Source: Macrostomum lignano (taxonomy: Eukaryota). From it: 64,000 nucleotides of DNA. The position numbers were made by a program, and so were the translations under genes. Of the stretch, positions 63,671-64,000 are shown piece after piece. The notes beneath the pieces were generated by a model, which made no database searches, had not been told where the DNA came from, and was given only the letters and a program-made list of their open reading frames with translations. The stretch lies in assembly GCA_002269645.1 (NCBI GenBank), contig NIVC01000927.1:186001-250000 (forward strand), given 5' to 3'. Numbering within the stretch: the first letter of the stretch is position 1; the number at the start of each line of letters is the position of its first letter.

Positions 63671-64000
63671 AGCCTATCACCCAGCTTGAACCCTCTTATC
63701 TCCTATGCAAAGTGAGAAAGGCCAAATACTTTGCTCGCGCACACGAGTCTGACTGCGCAATACTCGACACTGGAATGCAACAATCAGCCCCATAATGCCG
63801 ATTCCCATTCAAACTGCTTGCATTTTCAAGTGTCTAAATTCAAGCGATCAACGCGAGAGTCAAATTATATGGGATTAATAGACAGCCTTACTTTGGTTTT
63901 GAATGAGCTAGCTGGGCTGTACAGAGTTCTCAAGGCAGCAATGCGACACAAAGTTGGCGTGGGGGGGGGTAGAAATGGAGGCTATCTTGCTTTTGCGTGA

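Noticed and set aside
62787-63689. 300-aa Ser/Leu/Pro ORF
   Set aside because: The polypyrimidine repeat lacks stop codons by composition; no Ig-domain continuation was found between 61137 and 64000.

Overview
Gene-dense eukaryotic (metazoan) genomic DNA: GC-rich spliced exons, AT-rich introns, and a different minisatellite in almost every intron and intergenic gap. This style suggests a free-living flatworm such as Macrostomum; that is an inference and was not verified by search. Seven genes were reconstructed by hand from GT-AG junctions and reading-frame phase. They are an intronless-CDS degenerate VWA-domain gene (-), then four co-oriented + strand genes (ERGIC1, CHCHD2/10, CHMP3/VPS24, and a 3xCCCH/RWD-like/CHY zinc-finger gene), an 8-exon TIA-1/TIAR-like gene apparently lacking RRM1 (-), and the 5' part of a DCC/neogenin-like Ig receptor (+, runs off the window). 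Also present: tRNA-Pro(TGG), tRNA-Asn(GTT), five long copies plus one inverted head of a tRNA-derived CORE-type SINE, several MITE-like DNA-transposon remnants (two with 8-bp TSDs), and about 29 tandem arrays that explain most long ORFs in the ORF track. Repeat boundaries are approximate and family assignments come from recalled motifs, not database searches.
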